39,014 nt of DNA, from positions 1-39,014 of the forward strand of contig NZ_RAWQ01000078.1 of NCBI RefSeq assembly GCF_003668965.1, written 5' to 3'. Position 1 is the first letter of the stretch. Each line of letters begins with the position of its first letter. This document shows, one piece after another, positions 8,506-16,711 of this stretch. A model generated the notes under the pieces. It was not told where the DNA came from. It searched no databases and worked only from the letters and a program-made list of their open reading frames with translations. This DNA comes from Corallococcus sp. AB030. Its GTDB lineage: Bacteria > Myxococcota > Myxococcia > Myxococcales > Myxococcaceae. The translations under genes and the position numbers were made by a program.

Positions 8506-9426
8506 ATGCCCCCGCGCAAGCTCCAGCGACACCTGGTCTGGCTCGAGTCCTTCACCGCCGCCGTGGAGGCAGGCAGCATCGACGCCGCCGCGGAGCACCT
8601 GGGCGTCGCCCGCTCCGTCGTGAGCGAGCACATCCGCGCCCTGGAGGAAGCGCTCGCGGATGGCGCCGCCCTGCTGGAGCGGGGGCCGGGCCGGCGCCTG
8701 CAACTGTCCGCGCGAGGAGAGCGCCTCTACGCGGGCACCCAGACGCCGCTTCACCAGCTGGACGTGAAGCGGCTGATGGACCTGGCCCGCGTGGAGCCCA
8801 CCCTGCGCCTGGGCCTCAACCCCACGCTGTCCATGTCGCTGCTGGGTGGCATCGCGCAGGACGCCGCCGCCGCCGACCTCAAGCTGGTGGTGGGCTTCGG
8901 CGGCTCGCACGAGCTCATGCGCCAGGTGCAGACGCGGCAGCAGGACCTGGCGCTCGACTTCACACCCCTGCCCCCGCACGAGGGCGTGGACACAGAGTCC
9001 CTGCTGCGCATGTCCTTCGCGGTCATCGCGGGCCCCGACTCCCCGCTCGCGAAGGCGCACGCCTCCCGCCGCACCCTGGACGTGAAGGACCTCCAGGGCC
9101 AGCGCTTCGTGGACTGGCTGCGGGACGACCCCTACGGCGGCGCCAACAGCGCGCGCTTCGCAGCGCACGGCGTGTCCGTCACCGAGGTCGGCCGGGTGGA
9201 GAGCTTCCTCCACCTCTACGAGCTGCTGCGCGCCTACAAGGCCTGCACCATCGCCCCGGACGTACGCCCCACCCAGCCCTTCCCCTCGGACCTCCACGTC
9301 TGGCCCCTGCGCGAACAGGAGCCCCAGGTCGTGGAGGTGGTGGCCGTCTGGCCCTCCGGAGGCCTCAGCCCCGCCGTCCAATCCATCCTTGACGGGCTGC
9401 GTCGCCGCCTGAACAAACGGCGATAA
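8506..9426 (+). CDS. LysR-family transcriptional regulator
   Basis: N-terminal HTH LVWLESFTAAVEAGSIDAAAEHLGVARSVVSEHIRALEEAL followed by a substrate-binding domain. Lies 14 nt after the SDR gene and 93 nt before the hydroxylase gene. Confidence 0.85.
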   Translation: MPPRKLQRHLVWLESFTAAVEAGSIDAAAEHLGVARSVVSEHIRALEEALADGAALLERGPGRRLQLSARGERLYAGTQTPLHQLDVKRLMDLARVEPTLRLGLNPTLSMSLLGGIAQDAAAADLKLVVGFGGSHELMRQVQTRQQDLALDFTPLPPHEGVDTESLLRMSFAVIAGPDSPLAKAHASRRTLDVKDLQGQRFVDWLRDDPYGGANSARFAAHGVSVTEVGRVESFLHLYELLRAYKACTIAPDVRPTQPFPSDLHVWPLREQEPQVVEVVAVWPSGGLSPAVQSILDGLRRRLNKRR

Positions 9427-9519
9427 TCCGACGAAGACGTCGAATTCTGCCGGATTTCCGTCTTGCAGTGGGGTGCGTATTCTTCAGGAGTCCTGCATCT
9501 CCTGAAGGAGCCGCTCGCG

Positions 9520-11115
9520 ATGACGCCCACGGAACGGACCATTGCCCGCCTTCCCGCCCACCTGCGCCGCTACGTGGTGGGCCAGGACTACGCGGCGTAC
9601 ACGCCCAGGGATCAGGCGGTGTGGCGGCACATCCTGGGGCAGCTGCGCGAGCACCTGAGCGACAAGGCGCACCCCGTCTACCTGGAGGGCCTGGAGGCCA
9701 CGGGCATTGGCGCGGAGGCCATCCCCAGCCTGGACGAGATGAACGAGAAGCTGTCCCAGCTGGGCTGGTCCTGCGTGGCGGTGCGCGGCTTCATCCCGCC
9801 GGCCGTCTTCACGGAGCTGCAGGCGCTGGGCGTGCTGGCCATCGCGGCGGACATCCGCACGCACGAGCACATCCAGTACACGCCCGCGCCGGACATCGTC
9901 CATGAGAGCGCGGGCCACGCGCCCATCATCGCGAACGCGCGCTATGCCCAGTACCTCAAGGCCGTGGGGCTGGTGGGCTTCAAGGCCATCGCCAGCGTGG
10001 AGGACCAGGCCGTCTTCGAGGCCATCCGCAACCTCTCCGTGGTGAAGGAGGACCCCACCGCGACGGAGGAGGAGATCGCCCACGCCCAGGCCCGCCTGGA
10101 GGCCGCCAACGCCAGCCACCGCTACATCAGCGAGAGCACCCGCGCGAGCCGCCTGTACTGGTGGACCGCGGAGTACGGACTGATTGGCGACCTGAAGCAC
10201 CCGCGCATCTACGGCGCGGGCCTGCTGTCCAGCATCGGCGAGGCCCGGCACTGCCTGACGTCCGCCGTGCACAAGCTGCCCCTGGGCGTGGCGTGCGCGG
10301 ACACGGACTACGACATCACCCGCATGCAGCCGCAGCTCTTCGTGGCGCGCGACTTCGAGCACCTCTTCGAAGTCCTGTCCGAGTTCGAGTCCACGCTCGC
10401 GTGGAAGCGCGGCGGAGACCTCGGCCTGAACGAGGCGCTGCGCGCGCGCACGGTCAACCACCTGGTGCTCGCGGACGGCCGCGAGGTGACGGGCAAGGTG
10501 GTGGAGCTGCTGCCCGCCGCGAAGGACGTGGCCCCGGGCCTGTCCACCGCGCTGGCCCGGTTGGAGGGCCCCATCCTCACGTCCATGAACGGGCACGCCC
10601 TGGACAAGCCGTTCAGCGGCGCGGCGCTGGTCGCCTTTGGCCAGGGCACCCTGCCGGAGCGCGGGAACTTCACGCTCACGCTCGACAGCGGGCTGGTGCT
10701 GGAGGGCTTCGCGGTGGGCGGCGGAGAAGTGATTGCCCTGCGCGGCACGCTGGCCGGACAAGAGCTGACGCTGCCGTCCATGGCGCGCCTGTACCTGACG
10801 GAGCGGCTGCCGTCCGTGGCGGGCGGCCCCGCCGACCCGGGCACGTGGGACGAGTGGTTCGGGGAGATGGACGCCTTCACCGCGGGCGACGGCGAGGCCC
10901 AGGCGCGCGAGCGCAAGGCGCAGGCCCTGCCCCCGTCGCTGGCCGCCCTCTACACGGAGGTGCGCCGCATCCGCGAGACGGGACAGCTGGCCGCCGAGCG
11001 GCTGGAGCAGATCGCCCGCGCGTCCACGGACTTCCCCACCGACTGGCTCCTGCGCGCCGAGGTCGCGGAGCTGCGCGGCGAGGTGCCCGCGAGGCGCGAG
11101 GCGGCGCAGGCGTAG
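9520..11115 (+). CDS. phhA: Biopterin-dependent aromatic amino acid hydroxylase (phenylalanine 4-monooxygenase-like), long form with a ~270-aa C-terminal extension of unknown function
   Basis: Iron-binding motif YTPAPDIVHESAGHAPII (xPDxxHExxGHxP) and a second His/Glu region. SD AAGGAG lies 11 nt before the ATG. An 8-bp inverted repeat TTCAGGAG/CTCCTGAA overlaps the RBS. Confidence 0.8.
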   Translation: MTPTERTIARLPAHLRRYVVGQDYAAYTPRDQAVWRHILGQLREHLSDKAHPVYLEGLEATGIGAEAIPSLDEMNEKLSQLGWSCVAVRGFIPPAVFTELQALGVLAIAADIRTHEHIQYTPAPDIVHESAGHAPIIANARYAQYLKAVGLVGFKAIASVEDQAVFEAIRNLSVVKEDPTATEEEIAHAQARLEAANASHRYISESTRASRLYWWTAEYGLIGDLKHPRIYGAGLLSSIGEARHCLTSAVHKLPLGVACADTDYDITRMQPQLFVARDFEHLFEVLSEFESTLAWKRGGDLGLNEALRARTVNHLVLADGREVTGKVVELLPAAKDVAPGLSTALARLEGPILTSMNGHALDKPFSGAALVAFGQGTLPERGNFTLTLDSGLVLEGFAVGGGEVIALRGTLAGQELTLPSMARLYLTERLPSVAGGPADPGTWDEWFGEMDAFTAGDGEAQARERKAQALPPSLAALYTEVRRIRETGQLAAERLEQIARASTDFPTDWLLRAEVAELRGEVPARREAAQA

Positions 11116-11152
11116 GACCCGTCGCTTCGAATCCCAGACGGATGACGCATAA

Positions 11153-11188
11153 CGGCCCGGTCGACCTCTTCACGAGGTCGCCGGGCCG
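11153..11188. terminator. Bidirectional terminator-like hairpin (15-bp stem with one bulge, loop TTCAC) between convergent phhA and the LysM-peptidase gene
   Basis: CGGCCCGG(T)CGACCTC-TTCAC-GAGGTCGCCGGGCCG read directly. Confidence 0.6.
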
Positions 11189-11218
11189 AATCACTTCCGG
11201 GGGCTTTCGCCGCCGGGG

Positions 11219-12937
11219 CTACTTGTTGATGCGCACCATGGCCACGTCGTAGTGGCGCTCCGTCACGTAGCCGTTCGCGGCCTTGCCGGGGCGGTACATG
11301 TTCCCGGTCTTGTCATCCACGTAGAAGCGGTTGTTCGGGTTCGTGTCCTTGCCCGTGCTGGCGTTCTTCGTGCCCGGGTCGTGGAACGTGTAGTAGGTGC
11401 GGCCCTTGTCGTCGACGCCGCGGCCCGTGATGGTCACGAAGTGGTCCGTGAGGCCGTCCGCGTTGTAGCTCGCGTCCTTGTGGCTCACGCCCACGACCAC
11501 CGGCTTGCCGGCCTCCAGCTGCTTGTCGATGTAGCTGCGGCCCTCGGCGGCCTTCTTCGAGTCCACGTTGAGCGCGCCGACGCCGTTCTCGCTCTTGCCC
11601 ACCTGGATGCGGCGGTCCGGGCCCAGCACGGTCGCGCCGGAGTCACGCGCCATCGCCGTCGCGGCCTTGAAGCACGCCGTGTCGCTCGCGGTGTAGCCGT
11701 GGCCGTTCTCGAACTGGCTGTAGTACGGCACCTTCACGTGCACCGCCGGCTTGTCCTTGGACGGGGCCACCTGCTCCGTGTTCGCCGGGGCCGCCTCCGT
11801 GGTGGGCTTGGAGGTGTTCGTGCCCTGCGTCGTGGGCTTGCCTTCCGTGGTGCCCGGCTTCGAGCCGTTGTTCACGGACGGGGGAACCACGCCCGTGTTG
11901 GTGTTGGCCGGCTTGGTCGTGGTGCCCGACTTCTCCTGCTTCAGCATCGCGAGGGCGTCCTTCGCCTCCGACTTGAAGCGGTTGGCCACGCCCTTCTGCA
12001 CGTCCTTGGAGCTGCCGGAGAAGTGCACCAGGGTGCCGCTGGCGTTGGTGCGGCCGCGCTCGGCGTAGATGTCCTTGATGAGCTGCTCGTCGCTCACCTT
12101 CGCGGGGTCGCGCCCGTTGAGCGCCTTCTTGAAGATGTCGTCCGCCTTGCCCGGGCCGTGCTGCACGGAGGTGGACCAGGCCACGTCCCGCAGCGCCGCG
12201 GAGCGCTTGTCCAGGTCGATGCCCGTCGCCTTCTTGATGTTGGCGGCGCCCGCGTCGTAGTGCGTGGTCTTGATGTAGTCGTGCTGCGCCTTGTCGAAGC
12301 CCTTCGGGTCCTTCGCGGCCAGCTGCTTCCACGCGGCGGAGAACTCCGCGGTGCCCGGCTTGCTGCCCGACAGCGCCTTGTGGAACTCCGGGTTCGTCTT
12401 CTTCAGCGAGTTGACGAACGACTGCGCGGACCCGTTCGCGGAGGCGAACTGGTAGGAGCCGTAGGACACGCCGCCCTTGTCACCCTTGCCCGTGGACACG
12501 GTGCCGGGGCCGCGCGCCTCGTACTTGCGGCTCAGCCCGCCCAGCTCCCCGTTGGTCGCGCTGCTGGAGTTCGTGTTCGCGGCGGGCGTGGTCGCCTTCG
12601 CGCCGTCCGTGGACTGCGTGAAGCTGTCGCCCGACGTCTTCGTCCCCGCGCTCGACTTGTTGGTGCCCTTCGTGTCGAAACCGTCCTGCACCTTCAGCGT
12701 CTGGCCGGCCAGGATCTTGTTCGGATCCTTGATGTTGTTCGCCTTGGCCAGCGCGTCAACGGTCGTGTTGTAGCGCTTCGCGAGGCCGGAAAGCGTGTCG
12801 CCCGAATTGACGCGGATGTTGGAGACGGTCACGGAGAAGACCCCTCTATGTCTGGCCGCGACCAAAGGCGCCGCGGACATGCTTGGATTGCCCGGATTAT
12901 CGAAAGGCAATGCGATCAGTTTCGCATTCCCAGTCAC
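11219..12937 (-). CDS. LysM-domain protein with a central putative lysozyme-like/peptidoglycan-active domain and a C-terminal papain-like cysteine peptidase (Peptidase_C39-like) domain. No recognisable signal peptide
   Basis: LysM: [50 protein letters not shown]-terminal domain: [28 protein letters not shown]...DHFVTITG...FHDPG (Cys/His/Asp order of C39-like peptidases). Linkers are Lys/Thr/Asn/Ser-rich. Start is uncertain: GTG at 12937 or ATG at 12880, neither with a good SD. Confidence 0.65.
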   Translation of the reverse strand: MTGNAKLIALPFDNPGNPSMSAAPLVAARHRGVFSVTVSNIRVNSGDTLSGLAKRYNTTVDALAKANNIKDPNKILAGQTLKVQDGFDTKGTNKSSAGTKTSGDSFTQSTDGAKATTPAANTNSSSATNGELGGLSRKYEARGPGTVSTGKGDKGGVSYGSYQFASANGSAQSFVNSLKKTNPEFHKALSGSKPGTAEFSAAWKQLAAKDPKGFDKAQHDYIKTTHYDAGAANIKKATGIDLDKRSAALRDVAWSTSVQHGPGKADDIFKKALNGRDPAKVSDEQLIKDIYAERGRTNASGTLVHFSGSSKDVQKGVANRFKSEAKDALAMLKQEKSGTTTKPANTNTGVVPPSVNNGSKPGTTEGKPTTQGTNTSKPTTEAAPANTEQVAPSKDKPAVHVKVPYYSQFENGHGYTASDTACFKAATAMARDSGATVLGPDRRIQVGKSENGVGALNVDSKKAAEGRSYIDKQLEAGKPVVVGVSHKDASYNADGLTDHFVTITGRGVDDKGRTYYTFHDPGTKNASTGKDTNPNNRFYVDDKTGNMYRPGKAANGYVTERHYDVAMVRINK

Positions 12938-13025
12938 AATCGTGTGAAACCAGTGATTCCAGCAATTTCAGTTTCAACGGATCGATCCGCTGAGACTGAA
13001 GAACCTGCCCAGGAGGACCAGTCCG

Positions 13026-14060
13026 ATGTCCAGGATCCAACCGGAATTCAAAAATTTTGCATTGCTGTTTGCCATTTGCGTCACGAGCGCGGTCCCGGAC
13101 GCCTCGGCTCAGGGGTCCGAGGGACTCACGGGGGTCTATTCGAACAAGAGCGGGACGCTCGCCATCGTCGAGGGCAGCAACGAGACGCTCGTGCACTTCG
13201 CGGGCTCGTTCCCGCAGGGCAGCAGCGCGGGCACCTGCGATTGCGCCCTGGTCGTCCAGAAGAAGACAGCCACGAATTGGTCACTTCATCAGGCGGGTGA
13301 GGAAGACGCCTGGACGCTGCGCGTCAATCCCAAGCAATTCGTCCTGGAGTCGGGTCCGTCACCGTCCTGTTGCGGCGCCGGCTATTCAGGCAAGGACACG
13401 TTCGCCCGGAGCACCTCCAAGCCGCTGAGCATCTGCAAGGTGAAGGTGTCCAAGGCGGTCTTCCACGCGTCTGACGCGGCCAACACGCCGCGCAAGGCGT
13501 TCGTGGTGTCCGGGGACGCGGTGGAGGCCTACGTCGACCCGGTGGAGCCGGACTTCCTCGCCGCGCGCTTCCAGGGGCCCCAGAAGGCCACGGCGGGGCT
13601 GCTCAAGCGCGAGGACCTGGACTGCGCGTCGGAGTCAGCGCCCACGGCCGCGAAGGCTCCCGTGGCCGCGGACAAGCTCCAGCCGTTCGCGGGGACGTGG
13701 GTGGAGCTGACGCGTCAGGGCAAGGGCTTCGTGGTGCTCAAGCCCTGCTCGGCCGCGACGCGCAGCTTCACCGTCAAGCCCGCGACGGGCGAGGTGGAGG
13801 TGCAGCTGGGCCAGGAGGCCACGACGATGAAGGTGACGTCCGTGGAGGCCGGCAAGGGCGCCGGGGCCTGGGTGCTGGGGCTCACGGCCGCGGACGGCAA
13901 GCCGGAGGCGCTCCAGTGGAAGACGGCCGACGCCGCGAAGGGCACCGTGACCGTGAGCAGCCCGGACCTCTTCTCCCAGAGCCACGACTACGTGCGCCAG
14001 GAGAAGAAGTCCGCCTTCCCGTCCAAGCAGGAGACGGGGTGCGACGAGTTCGAGCGCTAA
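13026..14060 (+). CDS. Secreted hypothetical protein (signal peptide, several Cys pairs)
   Basis: Signal peptide MSRIQPEFKNFALLFAICVTSAVPDASAQG with SD AGGAGGA upstream. Divergent from the LysM-peptidase gene across an AT-rich 88-bp spacer. Confidence 0.6.
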   Translation: MSRIQPEFKNFALLFAICVTSAVPDASAQGSEGLTGVYSNKSGTLAIVEGSNETLVHFAGSFPQGSSAGTCDCALVVQKKTATNWSLHQAGEEDAWTLRVNPKQFVLESGPSPSCCGAGYSGKDTFARSTSKPLSICKVKVSKAVFHASDAANTPRKAFVVSGDAVEAYVDPVEPDFLAARFQGPQKATAGLLKREDLDCASESAPTAAKAPVAADKLQPFAGTWVELTRQGKGFVVLKPCSAATRSFTVKPATGEVEVQLGQEATTMKVTSVEAGKGAGAWVLGLTAADGKPEALQWKTADAAKGTVTVSSPDLFSQSHDYVRQEKKSAFPSKQETGCDEFER

Positions 14061-15637
14061 CGCGCCCGTGAACGCCGCCGGGCCCGCAGGCCCCCGCCGA
14101 GCAGCAGCGCGACGAGCGCACCGGACAGGGGGCCACCCGCGGCCTGGCAGCCACCGTCATCCGAGGGCGTGCGCGGATCATCGATGGGATCCACGGGCCT
14201 GCCCGCGTCCACGGTCCCCGCATCGGAGGTGCCCGCGTCCGCGCCGGCATCGGGCGTCCCAGAGTCGGATCCGGCGTCCGTGCCCGCGTCCATCGACTCG
14301 AGCGGCGCGCAGGACGCGGCCTGGCCGGTGGCCGCGATGCACAGCCGGCCATAGCGGCCCAGGCCTTCCATCCGGCCGTCCACGACCGCCACCATCACGC
14401 GCGTGGCGTCATCCGCGGCCACCTGGGCGCGCAGGGCGTCCGGCCCGTCCACGGTCGCCACCCGCAGCACGGCGTCATCCGTGACGGCCGCGACGACCAG
14501 GTGCACCGTGGCCGGGTCGATGCCCGGCTCGGGCTCGAACGAGGCGCCCACGAAGGAAGCGCCGCCGGGGAGCTCGAAGATCCGCGAGGCCGCCGCCGCG
14601 ACGCGCACGCGGTCGATCGTGGTGGGGAGCTCCGCCGCCGTCTTCGCCACCGATGCATAGCCCTCCCCTCGCGCGTAGCCGAACCCTGGCGTCGCGCGCG
14701 GGCCGGTGCCCAGGTTCCAGGTGGCGAATTGGGCGAAGGCCGCGTCGAAGCTGGAGGCGAAGTCGCGGCGCAGACAGGTGTCCAGCAGCACCGGCCAGCG
14801 GGCCTCCGGCTGGCGCACGGACTCCTCCAGCAGCGCGACGAGCGCGCCGTCACCGTAGCGCTCGCCCACGAACTGGAAGAAGAGCCCCGCGCCGTAGATG
14901 AAGGTCACGCCCGGCCCCGCGGGGTCCAGCACCAGCGTGCTGTCCGGAGTCAGCATGTAGCCGCGGGTGAAGTGCTCCAGGTCGTCGAGCGCGGGCTCGA
15001 AGCGCTCGGTGGCCCAGACGGCGGTGCCCTCGGAGGCGACGCCGCCCAGGTCGGGCCGGTAGGCGGCCTGCACCGCGTGGAAGAACTCGTGGCTGGCCAG
15101 GATCTCCACGGCCTCTGCGTCGGACGGGTAGTTGTAGCCCGTGAAGTCGTTCTCCTGGAGCATGAAGCCGGTGCAGCGCGTGACGCCCTCCAGGCAGGTC
15201 TCCTGCCGGAAGGCGCCGTCGCCAATCCTCGCGAAGTCCACCAGGTACACGTCGAAGCGGCCGTCGCCGCCGTCGTCCCCGGCCGGATTCGTGTCGTCGG
15301 GCGGCAGGCGGAAACCCAGGTCCACGTAGGACGTCGCCACGCGTTCGTAGGTGCGCCCGACGAGCTCCACGAAGTCGGGCACGCCGGTGCCATCCGCGTC
15401 CGCTGGCGGCACGGCGTGCGTGCCCTGGCGGGTGAAGTGGATGCGGAAGCGCCCGCCCGGCGACACGACGGACTCCACCGTGTCCTCGGGCTCATAGCGC
15501 GGCGCCTGCGCGCCAGGCGAGGTGGGCCGCCCGGACTCGGCGACCCGCTTCTGTACGGCCTCCCGCTCGTGCGGGAGGCCGCGCGGGGTTCCCGCGCCGG
15601 CCAGCAGCAGGAGCAGCGTGGGAACCCCGGGGGTCAT
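14057..15637 (-). CDS. Secreted zinc metalloprotease with a C-terminal MYXO-CTERM sorting domain
   Basis: Start at MTPGVPTLLLLLAGAG (signal peptide). HEFFHAVQ zincin motif. Thr/Asp/Ala/Gly-rich linker then GGCQAAGGPLSGALVALLLGGGLRARRRSRAR (GC...hydrophobic...RRR). ATG overlaps the stop of the upstream lipoprotein gene (TGATG). Confidence 0.75.
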   Translation of the reverse strand: MTPGVPTLLLLLAGAGTPRGLPHEREAVQKRVAESGRPTSPGAQAPRYEPEDTVESVVSPGGRFRIHFTRQGTHAVPPADADGTGVPDFVELVGRTYERVATSYVDLGFRLPPDDTNPAGDDGGDGRFDVYLVDFARIGDGAFRQETCLEGVTRCTGFMLQENDFTGYNYPSDAEAVEILASHEFFHAVQAAYRPDLGGVASEGTAVWATERFEPALDDLEHFTRGYMLTPDSTLVLDPAGPGVTFIYGAGLFFQFVGERYGDGALVALLEESVRQPEARWPVLLDTCLRRDFASSFDAAFAQFATWNLGTGPRATPGFGYARGEGYASVAKTAAELPTTIDRVRVAAAASRIFELPGGASFVGASFEPEPGIDPATVHLVVAAVTDDAVLRVATVDGPDALRAQVAADDATRVMVAVVDGRMEGLGRYGRLCIAATGQAASCAPLESMDAGTDAGSDSGTPDAGADAGTSDAGTVDAGRPVDPIDDPRTPSDDGGCQAAGGPLSGALVALLLGGGLRARRRSRAR

Positions 15638-16617
15638 CACGGCAGGAAGGACCACCGCAGGCGGATCGACCCGGAGCTGGCCGTCGAGCTCACCTTGCCC
15701 GTCGTGTTGCACTCCTCCTGGATCGCGGGCTCATAGAAGTCCTTGACCTGCAGCTTCACGTGACGGCCGTCCGCCAGCTGGACCAGGTAGACCTTGTTCG
15801 TCATCTGCAGGCAGGAAGCGTAGTCCCAGTACGAGAGGGTCTGGGTCGCCGGGCTCTGAAGGCCAAACGAGTCCCCGGTGAACGTGCAGGTGTCGGGCGT
15901 GTAGTAGTTCTCCGCCACGAACTGCGCATCCGTGGGCACGGAGGTCACCGACTCGAACGTCGTGCCGTCCGCCGTCTGAGCCACGGTCACGCACGACGGG
16001 CCGGACACGCCGCTGTTGAAGCGGACGACGTAGCGGCGCACCGCGACGTCCCACGCGGTCGAATCCAGCGAGGACTGGTCATCGATGTAGACCTTCTCCA
16101 GGCCCGTCGCCGTGAAGCGCGCGTAGGTGTACGAGTCCGGCACCGCCGTGCCACCCCCGCGGCCATCCAGGTACGTGAGGTGCTCGCCCGCCGTCGTGCC
16201 CTCTTCGATCACGCCGCCGTCGGAGACGACCGTGCGGAGCCGGAGCTTGTCGATGCTCTGCTCCGTGCAGGCCACGGCGTTGCGGCACAGCTCCGCGCCG
16301 CCATCCGTGGGAGGCGTGCCCGCGTCGGTGGTCGTCCCGGCGTCAGTGGTGGTGCCCGCGTCCGTCTCACCGCCCGTGCCCGCGTCCGTCTCAGGCTCTT
16401 CGGTCGGAGTCAGGGTGCGCTGCTCGCACTTCTTGTCCGCGTTGCAGGTCCAGGCCTTGCCTGCGGGGGCCGCCCCCTCATCGCGGCAGTCGAACGCATC
16501 CACGCACTCGTCGCTGCTGCATCCCGGCGCCACCACGGCCAGCGCGAGGGCCGCCAGGGCCCCCATGCCGAACCACCGTGCACTGCTCTTCCGGACCGCC
16601 CCTTCGGGGTTGCTCAT
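15637..16617 (-). CDS. Lipoprotein with TDAG-repeat linker and a Cys-rich C-terminal domain, unknown function
   Basis: Lipobox LALAVVAPGC. Repeats ETDAGTGGETDAGTTTDAGTTTDAGTPPTDGG. ATG at 16617 with SD AAGGTGA. Translationally coupled to the MYXO-CTERM protease. Confidence 0.65.
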   Translation of the reverse strand: MSNPEGAVRKSSARWFGMGALAALALAVVAPGCSSDECVDAFDCRDEGAAPAGKAWTCNADKKCEQRTLTPTEEPETDAGTGGETDAGTTTDAGTTTDAGTPPTDGGAELCRNAVACTEQSIDKLRLRTVVSDGGVIEEGTTAGEHLTYLDGRGGGTAVPDSYTYARFTATGLEKVYIDDQSSLDSTAWDVAVRRYVVRFNSGVSGPSCVTVAQTADGTTFESVTSVPTDAQFVAENYYTPDTCTFTGDSFGLQSPATQTLSYWDYASCLQMTNKVYLVQLADGRHVKLQVKDFYEPAIQEECNTTGKVSSTASSGSIRLRWSFLP

Positions 16618-16711
16618 CGTCGTCACCTTTCACCGCGGAGACCCGCCGCCGTTCGATGGGGACGATCTCTATTCGATAACGATTCTCATTTTCAATATCG
16701 ACGATTCACTT

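Noticed and set aside
8403-9392. 329-aa + strand ORF and 8488..9381 - strand ORF overlapping the LysR gene
   Set aside because: The frame at 8506 carries the canonical LysR HTH; the others are Pro/Arg/Gly-rich alternate frames.
9440-9470. Possible sigma-54 promoter (TTGCA) or LysR T-N11-A box in the phhA leader
   Set aside because: No properly spaced GG element upstream of TTGCA. The palindromes are better explained as RNA structure over the RBS.
9484-10761. 425-aa - strand ORF and 10161..11252 + strand ORF over the hydroxylase gene
   Set aside because: Alternate-frame artefacts. The frame at 9520 contains the aromatic amino acid hydroxylase iron-binding motif.
11252-13300. 682-aa + strand ORF
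   Set aside because: Antisense to the LysM/C39-like gene and extending across an obviously non-coding AT-rich intergenic region.
14501-15736. 411-aa + strand ORF and 14950..15495 - strand ORF
   Set aside because: Alternate frames of the MYXO-CTERM metalloprotease gene, which has a signal peptide, HExxH and a sorting tail.
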